In this document: positions 1-13,112 of the stretch, piece by piece
How positions within the stretch are numbered: the first letter of the stretch is position 1
How the letters are laid out: the number at the start of each line of letters is the position of its first letter
Origin: Laetmonice hystrix
Taxonomy: Eukaryota
NCBI GenBank assembly: GCA_965235115.1
Contig: OZ249436.1
Span: 38,938,001-39,002,000 of the forward strand
Direction of reading: 5' to 3'
Length of the DNA stretch: 64,000 bases
Made by a program: the position numbers and the translations under genes
Notes under the pieces: generated by a model
Databases searched by the model: none
The model's input: the letters and a program-made list of their open reading frames with translations, nothing else
What the model was told of the DNA's origin: nothing

Positions 1-582
1 ATCGATCACTGTAGAGGTGAGCCCCCTCCCGTCACCTTGCATGCTTGCCGAGTGGACCCTTTGTTTGGGTCGGCCTCCAACCCCCTGACCAAACCCCACC
101 CCCGACCCCACCCTTCTAGCGTCACCCTCGGTTATTGATGCCCGACAAGGAGTTGGTTTCAAAGACAGACAAGTCCCATTGTGTAGAATTCCCTTTGAGA
201 GCTTATCTTTACGCATAACAAGTGTATATCAGATGAATGAAGGTATTTTGTATAGACCAACTGCGTCATATGTTAAAGTTGGCCGTCACCTGTGCCATAG
301 TGATTTCTGTAGTCAGGCCTACAGTCTGTCCAGCCACTTGAAACGACATCTGGTCCCTTCGTGACCCCACGTGACATCTTAGTCACTGTAGGACTCCCCT
401 TAATCCAGCCATGTAGGCCTATGTTTCTTTGTTTGACAAATTGACATCGCTCATGGTCTCTTTAGGCCTACAGAGGGAAATATCTGATTGTAAAAGAAAA
501 AACATCTTTCTATCGCTCTTTTCTTTTCTGTCTGGTTGGCTTGTTATTTTTATCTCCAAGTAAAGTACATCGGACCTCAGCT

Positions 583-3310
583 TGGAGGTGTGGGTGTGAG
601 AGGTGTACCCCGGCCTGACCAGGGAGGTGTGGGTGTGAGAGGTGTACCCCGGCCTGACCATGGAGGTGTGGGTGTGAGAGGTGTACCCCGGCCTGACCAT
701 GGAGGTGTGGGTGTGAGAGGTGTACCCCCTGGGTCGGCCTGACCATGGAGGTGTGGGTGTGAGAGGTGTACCCCCTGGGTCGGTCTGACCATGGAGGTGT
801 GGGTGTGAGAGGTGTACCCCGGCCTGACCATGGAGGTGTGGGTGTGAGAGGTGTACCCCGGCCTGACCATGGAGGTGTGGGTGTGAGAGGTGTCCCCCCT
901 GGGTCGGCCTGACCATGGAGGTGTGGGTGTGAGAGGTGTACCCCCTGGGTCGGCCTGACCATGGAGGTGTGGGTGTGAGAGGTGTATACCCCCTCGGTCG
1001 GTCTGACCATGGAGGTGTGGGTGTGAGAGGTGTACCCCCTCGGTCGGCCTGACCATGGAGGTGTGGGTGTAAGAGGTGTATACCCCCTCGGTCGGCCTGA
1101 CCATGGAGGTGTGGGTGTGAGAGGTGCACCCCCTCGGTCGGCCTGACCATGGAGGTGTGGGTGTGAGAGGTGCACCCCCTCGGTCGGCCTGACCATGGAG
1201 GTGTGGGTGTGAGAGGTATACCCCCTCGGTCGGCCTGACCATGGAGGTGTGGGTGTGAGAGGTGTACCCTGGCCTGACCATGGAGGTGTGGGTGTGAGAG
1301 GTGTACTCCCCTCAGTCAGCCTGACCATGGAGGTGTGGGTGTGAGAGGTGTACCCTGGCCTGACCATGGAGGTGTGGGTGTGAGAGGTGTACCCTGGCCT
1401 GACCATGGCGGTGTGGGTGTGAGAGGTGTACCCCGGCCTGACCATGGAGGTGTGGGTGTGAGAGGTGTACCCTGGCCTGACCATGGAGGTGTGGGTTTGA
1501 GAGGTGTACCCCGGCCTGACCATGGAGGTGTGGGTGTGAGAGGTGTACCCTGGCCTGACCATGGAGGTGTGGGTGTGAGAGGTGTGCCCCCCCCCCCCAC
1601 ACACACACACCCTCGGTCGGCCTGACCATGGAGGTGTGGGTGTGAGAGGTGTACCCCGGCCTGACCATGGAGGTGTGGGTGTGAGAGGTGTACCCTGGCC
1701 TGACCATGGAGGTGTGGGTGTGAGAGGTGTACCCCGGCCTGACCATGGAGGTGTGGGTGTGGGAGGTGTACCCCGGCCTGACCATGGAGGTGTGGGTGTG
1801 GGAGGTGTACCCCGGCCTGACCATGGAGGTGTAGGTGTGAGAGGTGTCCCCCCTCGGTCGGCCTGACCATGGAGGTGTGGGTGTGAGAGGTGTACCCGGC
1901 CTGACCATTGAGGTGTGGGTGTGGGAGGTGTACCCCTCTCGGCCAGCCTGACCATGGAGGTGTGGGTGTGAGAGGTGTACCCCGGCCTGACCATGGAGGT
2001 GTGGGTGTGAAAGGTGTACCCCGGCCTGACCATGGAGGTGTGGGTGTGAGAGGTGTACCCCGGCCTGACCATGGAGGTGTGGGTGTGAGAGGTGTACCCC
2101 CTCGGTCGGCCTGACCATGGAGGTGTGGGTGTGAGAGGTGTACCCCCTCGGTCGGCCTGACCATGGAGGTGTGGGTGTGAGAGGTGTACCCCCTGGGTCG
2201 GTCTGACCATGGAGGTGTGGGTGTGAGAGGTGTACCCGGCCTGACCATGGAGGTGTGGGTGTAGGAGGTGTACCCGGCCTGACCATGGAGGTGTGGGTGT
2301 AGGAGGTGTACCCCTCTCGGCCAGCCTGACCATGGACGTGTGGGTGTGGGAGGTGTACCCCAGCCTGACCATGGAGGTGTGGGTGTAAGAGGTGTACCCC
2401 CTCGGTCGGCCTGACCATGGAGGTGTGGGTGTGAGAGGTGTACCCCGGCCTGACCATGGAGGCGTGGGTGTGAGAGGTGTACCCCCTCGGTCGGCCTGAC
2501 CATGGAGGTGTGGGTGTGAGAGGTGTACCCCGGCCTGACCATGGATGTGTGGGTGTGAGAGGTGTACCCCCTCGGTCGGCCTGACCATGGAGGTGTGGGT
2601 GTGAGAGGTGTACCCCGGCCTGACCATGGAGGTGTGCGTGTGAGAGGTGTACCCCGGCCTGACCATGGAGGTGTGGGTGTGAGAGGTGCACCCCCTCGGT
2701 CGGCCTGACCATGGAGGTGTGGGTGTGAGAGGTGTACCCCGGCCTGACCATGGAGGTGTGGGTGTGAAAGGTGTACCCCCTCGGTCGGCCTGACCATGGA
2801 GGTTTGGGTGTGAGAGGTGTACCCCGGCCTGACCATGGAGGTGTGGGTGTGAGAGGTGTACCCCGGCCTGACCATGGAGGTGTGGGTGTGAGAGGTGTAC
2901 TCCCGGCCTGACCATGGAGGTGTGGGTGTGAGAGGTGTACCCCGGCCTGACCATGGAGGTGTGGGTGTGAGAGGTGTACCCCGGCCTGACCATGGAGGTG
3001 TGGGTGTGAGAGGTGTACTCCCGGCCTGACCATGGAGGTGTGGGTGTGAGAGGTGTACCCCGGCCTGACCATGGAGGTGTGGGTGTGAGAGGTGTCCCCC
3101 CTGGGTCGGCCTGACCATGGAGGTGTGGGTGTGAGAGGTGTCCCCCCTCGGTCGGCCTGACCATGGAGGTGTGGGTGTGAGAGGTGTCCCCCCTCGGTCG
3201 GCCTGACCATGGAGGTGTGGGTGTGAGAGGTGTCCCCCCTGGGCCGGCCTGACCATGGAGGTGTGGGTGTGAGAGGTGTACCCCTCTCGGCCAGCCTGAC
3301 CATGGAGGTG
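583..3310. repeat. Minisatellite, 39/46-bp units (CCTGACCATGGAGGTGTGGGTGTGAGAGGTGTACCCC[CTCGGTC]GG), roughly 65 copies
   Basis: Directly visible tandem array with interspersed short and long variants. It explains the periodic ORFs. Confidence 0.98.
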
Positions 3311-5308
3311 TTGGAGCCATAACTCCCCCCCCCCTCCTCCAGCCAGGCCGCCATGGCCGGGGCCGGGTCGGTGACCTGCCCTCACGGCCACCAGGGGAGT
3401 GCTTACAGCCACCACCGAATAGCAATCTAAACCTCAGCGCTGGGGCCGGTCACTGATCCCAGCGTGGTAATGAAGCACAACCCACGGCCAACCGACGCCA
3501 GCGACACTGACTGATCATCATTCATGTTTCATAAATCATGCCCCTTACAAATATTTGGACGGCGTGTAATTTCCATTCGTAAATCTGGGTAATCCCCGCT
3601 GGCGATGGTCAGCGGCCGGTCAGTTGCTGGTCAGGTGGTGGTTAGCCGTGGGTCAGCCATGGTCCATAACGTGTTGCGACCAATGAGATAGCAAGTGACA
3701 CTGAGCAACTCGCCGGCGGATGTCAAATGTGACTTCAGTGCGATAGTCGCGGAATTCTGAATAAGCCATTTGGCAGGGGTTTTAGAAATTTATACAAGAC
3801 CAAAACTCATAAATGTTACAAGTAGTATATTTTTCTTTTCTGAAAAGTCGACTGCTCCCGAGTCTGGTTGTTTTAAATAGGTAGAGAACTAACTATGAAT
3901 CCACCAAGTCAGCCTCACTAAGCAAGTTCCTGACGCAAAGGCCACTTTTTGTATACTACTTACGCCCGACTGTTGGACCTCGCTACAGCCACAGTATTCT
4001 CTTTGTCTTAAAAGGGCCACTGTCGTTTAAAAAAATCTAATAACTGGGTAATTCGGTATATATTTTCTTCTACCTCCCATCCAAAGCACCTTCTGGTGCC
4101 CACAACAATACCCCTTAAACAATGCCATCAAAGGTTTTATATACAAACAGGTCTATTATTCTCTCTGTACCGTATCGGTTATAGACGGATTATAGACGGA
4201 TTATAGACGGTTATAGACATATTACACGGATACATCTCGATACATATAAACACGCTGACAATATGGATCATTTAAAAGCATTGTATACCAATTGTTAACA
4301 GTATTTGTATTGGTATCATATACCATAATAATATATAAAACAATTGCAGCATTGAGTGAACATCAAAACGGTATTGTGTTGTTTTCGTGCTGATCTCTAT
4401 CTAACCTGAGTCAGCAAAGAGCGCGGACTGTGTGTGATGCATTAATTAACCCATCCCTTTCTCTTGTTGAACGATTGTTTGACTATTAATTGGGACGGCT
4501 GGTTGTTGGAGCCGGCCAGGTTGAGCCCCGGCATGCGTTCCCACGCGCCCTATTCCGTCCCGTTATCAATCTCTGTATCAAACTCGTCTTTTTTGGCTCC
4601 GACTATTATCTCCAACGTGTGATCATTTACACAAATATGCGATAATGAATTCTTTGAAGTCAGATTTCGCTTTGTATCTAATTTTGACGGCCGCCTCCCG
4701 GCAACAGCTGCCCGGTGCGTGTACAAGGCAAGCATGTCGGCGAGTCCCCGGTGTGTGCCTGGCCCCGGCGGTCTCGTAGCCGTGCCAGCGGCTCCCACCG
4801 GCCCGCGGACCCCGGAGTCCCCGGGCCCAGATGGCCACAGTCTGATTTATCGCCGAGACACGAGGCCCGGCGGCCGCAAGTCACAATACGGCACGTGGCT
4901 TGTCGGAGGAATGTGTCCCGACCGTCCGAGCGACGACCTTAGAAGTTCGCCGCGCCACCTGTGAGGACCTTGCCGGCTCGTGTCCGTCCTTCACTCGGCT
5001 TCTGTGACATTGTTCGTCATGTTCGGCCTGGAACCGGCGACAAAAAAAACCGTCGCAAAGGATCATCTTTTAGGTCGTCCCTGTCCGCCTGTTCATGAAC
5101 TCAGGATGGACCGAATATAATTATAGGCCTCTTCATCTCTATGACGATGAATTCTGACGCTTTTTTCTTTTCTTCCCATTTTCTTCCCTTTTTTCTCATT
5201 AATTGATCATAGGTCTATTATAATAGATGTGTGATCACAATAAACGAATGTCTATTGATGAGCTAAATATTATGCATTCATAATAACCATATAAACACAT
5301 GGAAGCCT

Positions 5309-5528
5309 ATCTTACAAACCTTGTATGGCATCCATGAGAAAACGCCCATCTTACAAATCTTGTATGGCATCCATGAGAAAACGCCCACCTTACAAATCCA
5401 TGAGAAAACGCCCATCTTACAAATCTTGTATGGCATCCATGAGAAAACGCCCATCTTACAAACCTTGTATGGCATCCATGAGAAAACGCCCATCTTACAA
5501 ACCTTGTATGGCATCCATGAGAAAACGC
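5309..5528. repeat. 39-bp tandem repeat (TCTTACAAACCTTGTATGGCATCCATGAGAAAACGCCCA), about 6 copies, one internally deleted
   Basis: Visible tandem copies and 13-aa periodicity in the ORF track. Confidence 0.95.
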
Positions 5529-5562
5529 ATTATAATTCAAAAGTATAAAATAGAAAGAATTA

Positions 5563-5773
5563 AGTGCTGAACCCACCAAGGCGATTCCCCTTGCGACGGC
5601 CATGCGGTTTTTGATTTAATGGTGGAATTTCGCTCTGAAATTTTTCCTGGCTGGCCTTCTCCGTTTCAGGAAATGGGTTCCATCCTTTAATCTCAAAATT
5701 ACAGTAAAAGAAAAGGGTGATGTCAAAATCGCATGGGCGTCGCAAGGGGAATCGCCTTGGTGGGTTCAGCACT
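5563..5773. mobile_element. MITE, PIF/Harbinger (Tourist)-like, 211 bp
   Basis: About 50-bp near-perfect terminal inverted repeats AGTGCTGAACCCACCAAGGCGATTCCCCTTGCGACG... / ...CGTCGCAAGGGGAATCGCCTTGGTGGGTTCAGCACT. TTA flanks both sides (5560-5562, 5774-5776). No coding capacity. Confidence 0.85.
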
Positions 5774-8700
5774 TTATGAGACAGAAAAGTATACACGTCT
5801 TGTACTCCGGCCCCTAGGTCCGCAAAATACATGACAAAATATAGATTACAAAATACATGACCAAAGTCTACCGGTTTACACAAATATGAGATTGCCCCTC
5901 TTGGAACAACCCCTGCCCCCGCCCCCAATAAAAAAGTTACAAATAAAATTAAAACTTCTTCCCCCTTTGCGTGTATCGGTTATTAAAGCACGGTAAAGTT
6001 CTTTTTATCGAGTCTGTTATCGTTTCCAGTGCGGACCAATGTCACATGACATTTTATTTTGTTGGACACCCTTTCGTATAGCGGCCAACAATTATCCTGA
6101 TGGCAGGGTCATCAGCCATGAGTGACACCGAGATGGGATAGCAACAATAGCAAACCGTCGACCTCGCGACAAAACGTGTCCGATTCACAGTGAATCTCAC
6201 ACCCCATGGGATGAGGTGACCGACATGGTTTGGGTTTCAATATGAAATCACACATTCTCATCTGATTGAAGAAATTCAATTAAGCATGAGAAGTGTCTCT
6301 TGTCAAACGGATGACAGCTAAACTCACGAGGAGTACAGCTACTCCGTGACAACTTCAGATCAGTGAGTATTGTTCCTTTTAATTAGCATAATTACACGGC
6401 AGCAAACCTTCTGAATGATCCCATAGGGTATACATACCTATACATTATACCGGCTTAGCTCAGAGGTATAACTTACCAAAGAGGAACTAGATCTAACTAG
6501 GAACTCAATGCCTTTGGAGGTAAAGAAAATTGAAAATATACGTTTTCCGTGCATTAAATTTGGTGGCGGTCGAACTATTAAAGGTTTTACAGAGTGGAGG
6601 TACATTCCGACAGCTGAGCCGGAGGCATTGTGAAATCAAAGTGCCACGACCTGGGGTGAGAGAGATTTGGCCGGCGTGAACCGCAAACCCTAGCCCGGCT
6701 GCGGTCACAGAGTCTTCAATCCACGCTAAGTGTAAGATGTCAAGCTGGTGAGAGCATTTTACTGTCTGCATGCGCACCCCGGCCCCGTAACCCGAGAAGC
6801 CGCCCGTCGGGCCCCAGGCCGGCTTTTGTTCCCCGGTGCCTGGCTCCCTGATCCCGCCCCAGCTCCCGACATCAGTCGGCAAACCCGCCCTAAACCCGCC
6901 AGATCACAGCCCGCGCCCAGACATAAACAGAATTCAACTTTAATAAGACCAAATTGAGCGCATACTTTTTCGCCGAGGGAGCGCAAAGCTGCATGCTTTT
7001 AAAGTATCAGAAAGTAAGCGGGGGTTATTACTCTGGTATTATGGTGGTATATGACGGGCCTGAGTCTTGGATTGAAACAAAGTGGGGACGGGTGTGTTAA
7101 AAGGGTGCACCCCTCCCTCCCCCCGGCCTCCATGGAGCAGGCCGTGAAAAGTGCGCATCATGTGGGCTGTTATATCCTCCACCAGTCCCTAACCGTCGGC
7201 ACACGGTTAATGCGGGCAATGCCGGTGACACGTCACGTAGATACAAGCAGGAATCACGTCGTCTTTACGTCGGCTTACGTTACGGCCAGTGTCTCACGTT
7301 CTCTGACGATCTTTGAGCTGGAGCGCCAAGCTATGTATCGACGCGGATCTGGGGGTCGCGCTGAAAGCAAAGTTCTGCTGTCAATCTTTGGCTTACACGG
7401 GTGGATCCGATCATCCGCACGGTGACATCTTCATAGAAGGTGCTTGCTTTGATCTCTGCAATCAAAGTGCAGCAAGAATTGTTAATTAAATGCGTATTCC
7501 CTGGCATTAACAGGGCCCTGCCCCGGAACAATTGGCGGATCTGAGCGTATAATGCACGGCTTTACGTTGGCGCATCTGCAGGAATCCGAAGAAAAGCATT
7601 GTTAAACTGCGGCGCACTTAGTGATGACAACGGTGCTTTGGTAAAATTCTCATAGTTTTGTTAATGATGCCGGTTTCGGTATTATTCCATTGATAGAGTT
7701 GTGCGCGTATGACGGGACCTTCCAGGACGCTGCATGGTTCAGGTGGGCTGGGTATAGTTGCGCCATCTGGTGTACTCGGTGGGCATCGAGCGTGCGGAAT
7801 GTGTAACCTAGCCCTACCTTGTGCCGAGTTGGGACAACAACAGACCGGCCATGGGAGAAAAGGCCGATTGAACGAACTCTCTTTATCAAGTCTGTCTTCA
7901 AAACAACCGAATGAATCTTGCATTAAAGATGGCCTGTCATTGCCTTCTTCCTCACAAACATGGAAAGACGCTTGTATACAAATGCGCGTCCAGGCATGCT
8001 TTATGCAACCTATACTTGAAATATACATGGTTTAATATACATAATCATAGTATTTTAGTACCACTATTGATAATTATGTCATATTATACCATATTATGTC
8101 ATGTACTTAGATAAGGTAGGCCACTCTATATGACATATAATACACATCCTGTATGATATGACTAAATATCTATACATATGCCCTATATGGTATATTATAT
8201 ACATATCATGCAGTCATTTTTATTATAATAAAACCTAGATTATTGCGGATATATAAAAAGGTAATATATTTGTACATATCGTGGACGTTGTTCAAACTAT
8301 ACCGTACCGAGTGAAAAGTTTGATGGTCTGAGATATAACAAGGTGAATCTGCCTCTCCCCACAGAGGTATCAATCGGTGTTTGTAAAGTCCTTGAGACCT
8401 TGCCCAATGAATACCTCATGCAGTCAGTGTGTTTTAATTGAGGCACAAACACACACTCAGCAGACGTGTCACCCTCTTGTAGTCAGCCCAGTGAGCACAG
8501 AATAAATCTTTATTCTATACTCGTTGGGTTAACCGAATCATTGATAGTTTGTACAAATACTCCCGAGAATCCCTCCAATCTTCAGCTGGTTCTGGCACAA
8601 CGTCAAGCGGTATTTACCCGTGTTCAGATTAGTGTGTGCGTGCAGTGTTCATCTGTGACTGTCAGCCAGCCAACCATCATAAACTTTTTTATTAACTGTC

Positions 8701-10818
8701 AGTCTAATTTTTATATACCTCTGAGGTTGCATACAAAACAAAAATGCAAAAATGTATAAGATTTTTACGGAGACAAAGGTGTTAATCGTTATTTCAATTG
8801 CTATATTTACTTTCTTTTATAAATCTATCATTCATTTCTATCCTATTTTTAATTGCATTATTGACAACCCAAAGACCGATATTTTGGTAATAATTGTTTT
8901 TTATTGAAATTGTTTTTTCGCATTTTTCTTTTAAAGGTTAGGCTGAGAATGAGAACGGCCCTCTGTCCAGTGATCCGACCTCGAGTTTCATCCCATGCAC
9001 TATAGTATAAGAAGAAGTAGGGAACAGAAATTGGCAGCCGTACATTTTATACCCTAAAAATTAGCCCCTGGTCGCTCATTCAGCAAATTTTAGAGCCCTC
9101 AAAATGGCTGGACAGAATTGCTCCCGTAGCATGCCCAGGAAGCGTAAGTCAGTTTGTGGAACATTTAGTCGAATGACGTTCAGACTAGAGACGGCCTTGT
9201 TAAGTTTATTTGCATTATACCTTTTTGCCCTTAAAGCCGTCGAGGGAGTTTTACTCGTCATTGCCTTCTCAAACGGCTAGCTGCAATCCTTTATAAAGTA
9301 CCCTCAGATCACAAGGTGGAACGCCTAATGACTCATGCAGGTCTACTTGACCTCATTAAAGTATAGCCCACAAGTATAGCGAATTCAAGGCATTAAACAC
9401 AACTTTAGATAAGGGCTAGATATCCGCTGATGTCTGTTCCTAGCGATTAGAAACGTGTTCAGTCTAATTGCTCCCCTTCTCCAATTAGTTCACGTGAACG
9501 CACACTGACATCTGTGTTATCTGCTCCGGGAGTTGCAATTTGAGAGCCGCTCTGCAGCGAACCTCCTGTCCCCCTCTCTCCCTCTCTCTCTTCCTCACTC
9601 CCTCTCTCCTATCCTACGTCCCTCTCTGTGCCAGGAACAGTCGCCGGTGGACCCATCGCCGACCACCGCTTACCAATGTAATTTCGAAGCTGTCAGCTGA
9701 TTTGCCATTACATCTCTGTCGATACTAATTGAAACGGGTGGCGGTGCAGTTGTGTCCGCTCCCTGTGGACCTCGTCACTCTTTTTAATCAATGTAACGGC
9801 GTTAGGAAGAAGCAGGGCCGAGTCAGCCGACCAGCTGCCGCGAGGCCTTAACTCGGCACATCTTGGCGCTTCTTCGCAGATTGCAGGAGGCGCTGAAGTC
9901 GCAGAAATAAATGATATCCATGGGGGAAAACTCGCCGAGATCTGGCTTCAATAGAAACAAGCACATTGCCGGAGTTTCGTATAGAGGCGATCAGAGGGCT
10001 AAAGTTTGGCTATGTCGGGTCCGAATCATGCCAATCACACACCCGGTGGCACCGCCGGTTTCCAATTACAATTGCAAGGGTGGACCTGCATTTTCCGCCA
10101 CCCGGCTTAATTGAAAAATGACAGTGCGGATGACAAATTAAGGCGGGAAATCTCCTGCCATCATCAATCAAGCGCGAAAGATGCCAACACATGAATAGCA
10201 GGCGCTTTGCTAAGGTATCTCTGGCGTCTCGACCTCTGTCCGGGGCGGGTTAAACAAACAGGCATATTAATGGCAATTGTATCCAATAAAGGAATTCATG
10301 AAAGACAATCGGGTCGCTTCTCGCTACAAGGTCATTCATTTTTTTCCACCGCCGCGCGAGGCAGCCGGCCCGTAGGGATGCCTTGACGAATGAATCGGAT
10401 ATTAGCTTATTACGAAAGGAGAAAACCTTTTCCACTTCCGTGATAGACGGTGATCGATTGCTGATGTTTTATGGCGATTTATCTCTATACATTTTTGTCT
10501 GGAACAATGGAACCTGTTTTGGTAAATGATGTATCACTCTGTTTGACACTAGTTTTGTGGTATAGGGATTTTTGAGGCTCGTAGCGACGGCACCAGAGAT
10601 CGTTCATAACGCTCGGCAGTGTTGAGGGCTATATCTACTATCGTAATTGGTCTCTCATTAGTCTGACACTGAAGATCAAATAAGGAAAATAAATAGCCAG
10701 GCATTAATCATTGATGTCAGATCCGTTCACGATAGTTTACCAATCACGATCGTGGACAAAGGCGCGGCCCAGTCTGGGTCCATTCCGTTTCCGCAACCAC
10801 TTAATACACCACACGGCA

Positions 10819-10901
10819 AACACTTTGTAAATTACATGTGCAGCAACATTGCTGCTGCACAACACTTTGTAAATTACATGTGCAGCAACATTGCTGCTGC
10901 A
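10819..10901. repeat. 42-bp direct tandem duplication
   Basis: AACACTTTGTAAATTACATGTGCAGCAACATTGCTGCTGCA at 10819 and 10861. Confidence 0.93.
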
Positions 10902-12459
10902 AATTGTTCAGTGGCTTTTGCACGAGATTGTGACGGCCGGTATGGTTTTATATTTTGTTAGAAACGATAGCATGGCAATTCTATATTATATCGCTATACG
11001 TTTTGGTGTTTCCGTCAAATCTATATAGTTATGAATACCAATGAGTGCACGGAAAATAAAACAATAAGGAATGATATAAGCAAAATGCTAAAACAATCAG
11101 TATTGGAGGTATAGCCACGTGCACGTCATTATATACTTGAGACACGAGTGTTTCAATAGTTATTTTAATAAATCCGATCCGTTTCGGAGAGATCAATATG
11201 CAGTGTAAATGCACTCGAGCTTATTTTTTTTATATTACACCATTCGGCCTTTTATTGTCCTCATATTAGTGTCTTTCTGTGTTTAACGTCACAGTTGTAT
11301 TTTATAATAAACATACATTCATTAATATAACCCACCCTTCATCAGAAGTAGAATTTTTTCCTAAAAGTGTCCCCACCTCTGATGGCACACTGTCTATAAT
11401 GCACACGGTAGAAGAATCATCAGTTATGTCATCGACCCAGCAGGAAATACGACTGTACGACCTCTTATACTGTAATCCTTCCCTGTAATTTATCTATATC
11501 AGGGTCGCCTATTTAGCATAATTTTGTTTTTATTTTTTATTGAATAGCAGAGTGAAATCATTGTGCACCCAATGCGGCCTGGCGTTGATCATTCTATGCT
11601 GGGTCCTTTTTTTCGAGTGGCCAGAAGCAATCCGGGGGCGGCTGAATGTGTCGGGAGCGGGCGGGGGTCCAGTGATTGGGATAGTCGTACAGGACGGCCC
11701 CCGCTCCTAGCTCCAGCTGGGACCCGTAAGAGTACTTTAATATGATGAGGTAACTTAATTTAGGTAATTGAGTCATGAATAAATCGATTAGCTTTATTGC
11801 TCTTGTCTGGCCTAAACTGCGGATTATGCGTGCCTTAGCATCTTTCTGGAGAATAAGGCCTGTGGATTTGGCCGACCTCCTGGCAGTGACTGGGCCTGTC
11901 GGCGAGAAGTGGGTTCGCCTGGTCTCCACTAGATTTAGCCAGCTTAGCACCGCTCGCCGAACACGAGGCAGCCAAAAGAACAAGGCTTTGTTGGCCGGTC
12001 TTCCGCGCGCAAAGTGTTCATCCTCTACTTAGCCGTTGTTGAAACCAATCTTTTGATACGCTAAATTTCGGCTTGATGACTACAGCGCCAAGTCGAGATT
12101 AGCCGGCTTAGAGCTACCGCAGATTGGTCGTCATCCACACGTATTTAGAAGATCCAAGTTAAATACAATAATGATCTGTCTCACAAGGTGGGGCGATAAG
12201 GAGGAAATACCTGTCGAATCCCACAACCATTGGTCATTTAGAGTAGCCACCGGCGGGTTCCCCCTCGGCAGTGTACTCGATGGGGTTGGTGTATGTGTGG
12301 TGGGGATTGCTTGCAGCTATACAAGAGCTTTAGTCAGCTTGGAGAAAAGTCGGGATATAAATCTGGCGGTTAGTCAGGGGTCGTAACATTAAAGTAGAGT
12401 ATCAATCAAAGAGCTATTAACATTGTAACATCGTACAAAGACCGTGCGTGTCTCTGAGA

Positions 12460-12580
12460 GAAAAAAGAGGAAGAAACAGAAAGAGAAGAAGAAAAAGAAG
12501 GAGAAAAACAAGAAGATGAAGAAGAAGAAGAAGAAGAAGAAGAAGAAGAAGAAGAAGAAGAAGAAGAAGAAGAAGAAGAC
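12460..12580. repeat. (GAA)n microsatellite and purine tract
   Basis: About 20 perfect GAA units plus a degenerate 5' flank. Confidence 0.97.
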
Positions 12581-12914
12581 TGAAGTCCGACAGACCTCAT
12601 GGAGGCGGGGTGTTGTAATTAGAGCCGTCTATTTTCTAGACCTACCAGAAAAGAACTTACTCGAAGGTCATATATAGCTTGGTGTTCTGAAGGAACTTAT
12701 GAACAGGTATAACTGACGATAACCTTTTCCCTTGCTCCCTTCAGCATTTTCTGCATTTTCCGATAAGTCTCATTTTCATGGAGCCATCAAAATTGATTCC
12801 ATCAAGAGAAAGGGCATTGCCCTCTCACTGTATACTGACTCCTGTATATAATGATTCATGTTCTAAACAGCATGTGTGGCGACCGTATCTGCAATAGTAT
12901 AAACAACGTATAGG

Positions 12915-13112
12915 ACCTTAATCCCCCACTTACCTGTCCTATTCCCGAAGTGGCCGAAAAGGTATACTCCATTGGCCGTGGGTAACAACCGATAACAGAC
13001 CAACCCTATCAACACCAGGTCGTGTATCTGTCACATTTTGAATAGGACATGCTGAGCTGTTTGAAATGTTATGCGCTAGGGAATAGGACAGGTATAAGTG
13101 GGGGATTAAGGT
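12915..13112. mobile_element. MITE-like inverted-repeat element, about 200 bp
   Basis: ACCTTAATCCCCCACTTACCTGTCCTATTCCC ... GGGAATAGGACAGGTATAAGTGGGGGATTAAGGT (one 2-nt indel). No clear target-site duplication. Confidence 0.7.

Noticed and set aside
419..3425. Long ORFs up to 971 aa on the minus strand
   Set aside because: They are translations of the 39/46-bp minisatellite. The same three peptide motifs swap among frames, and there is no domain or gene structure.
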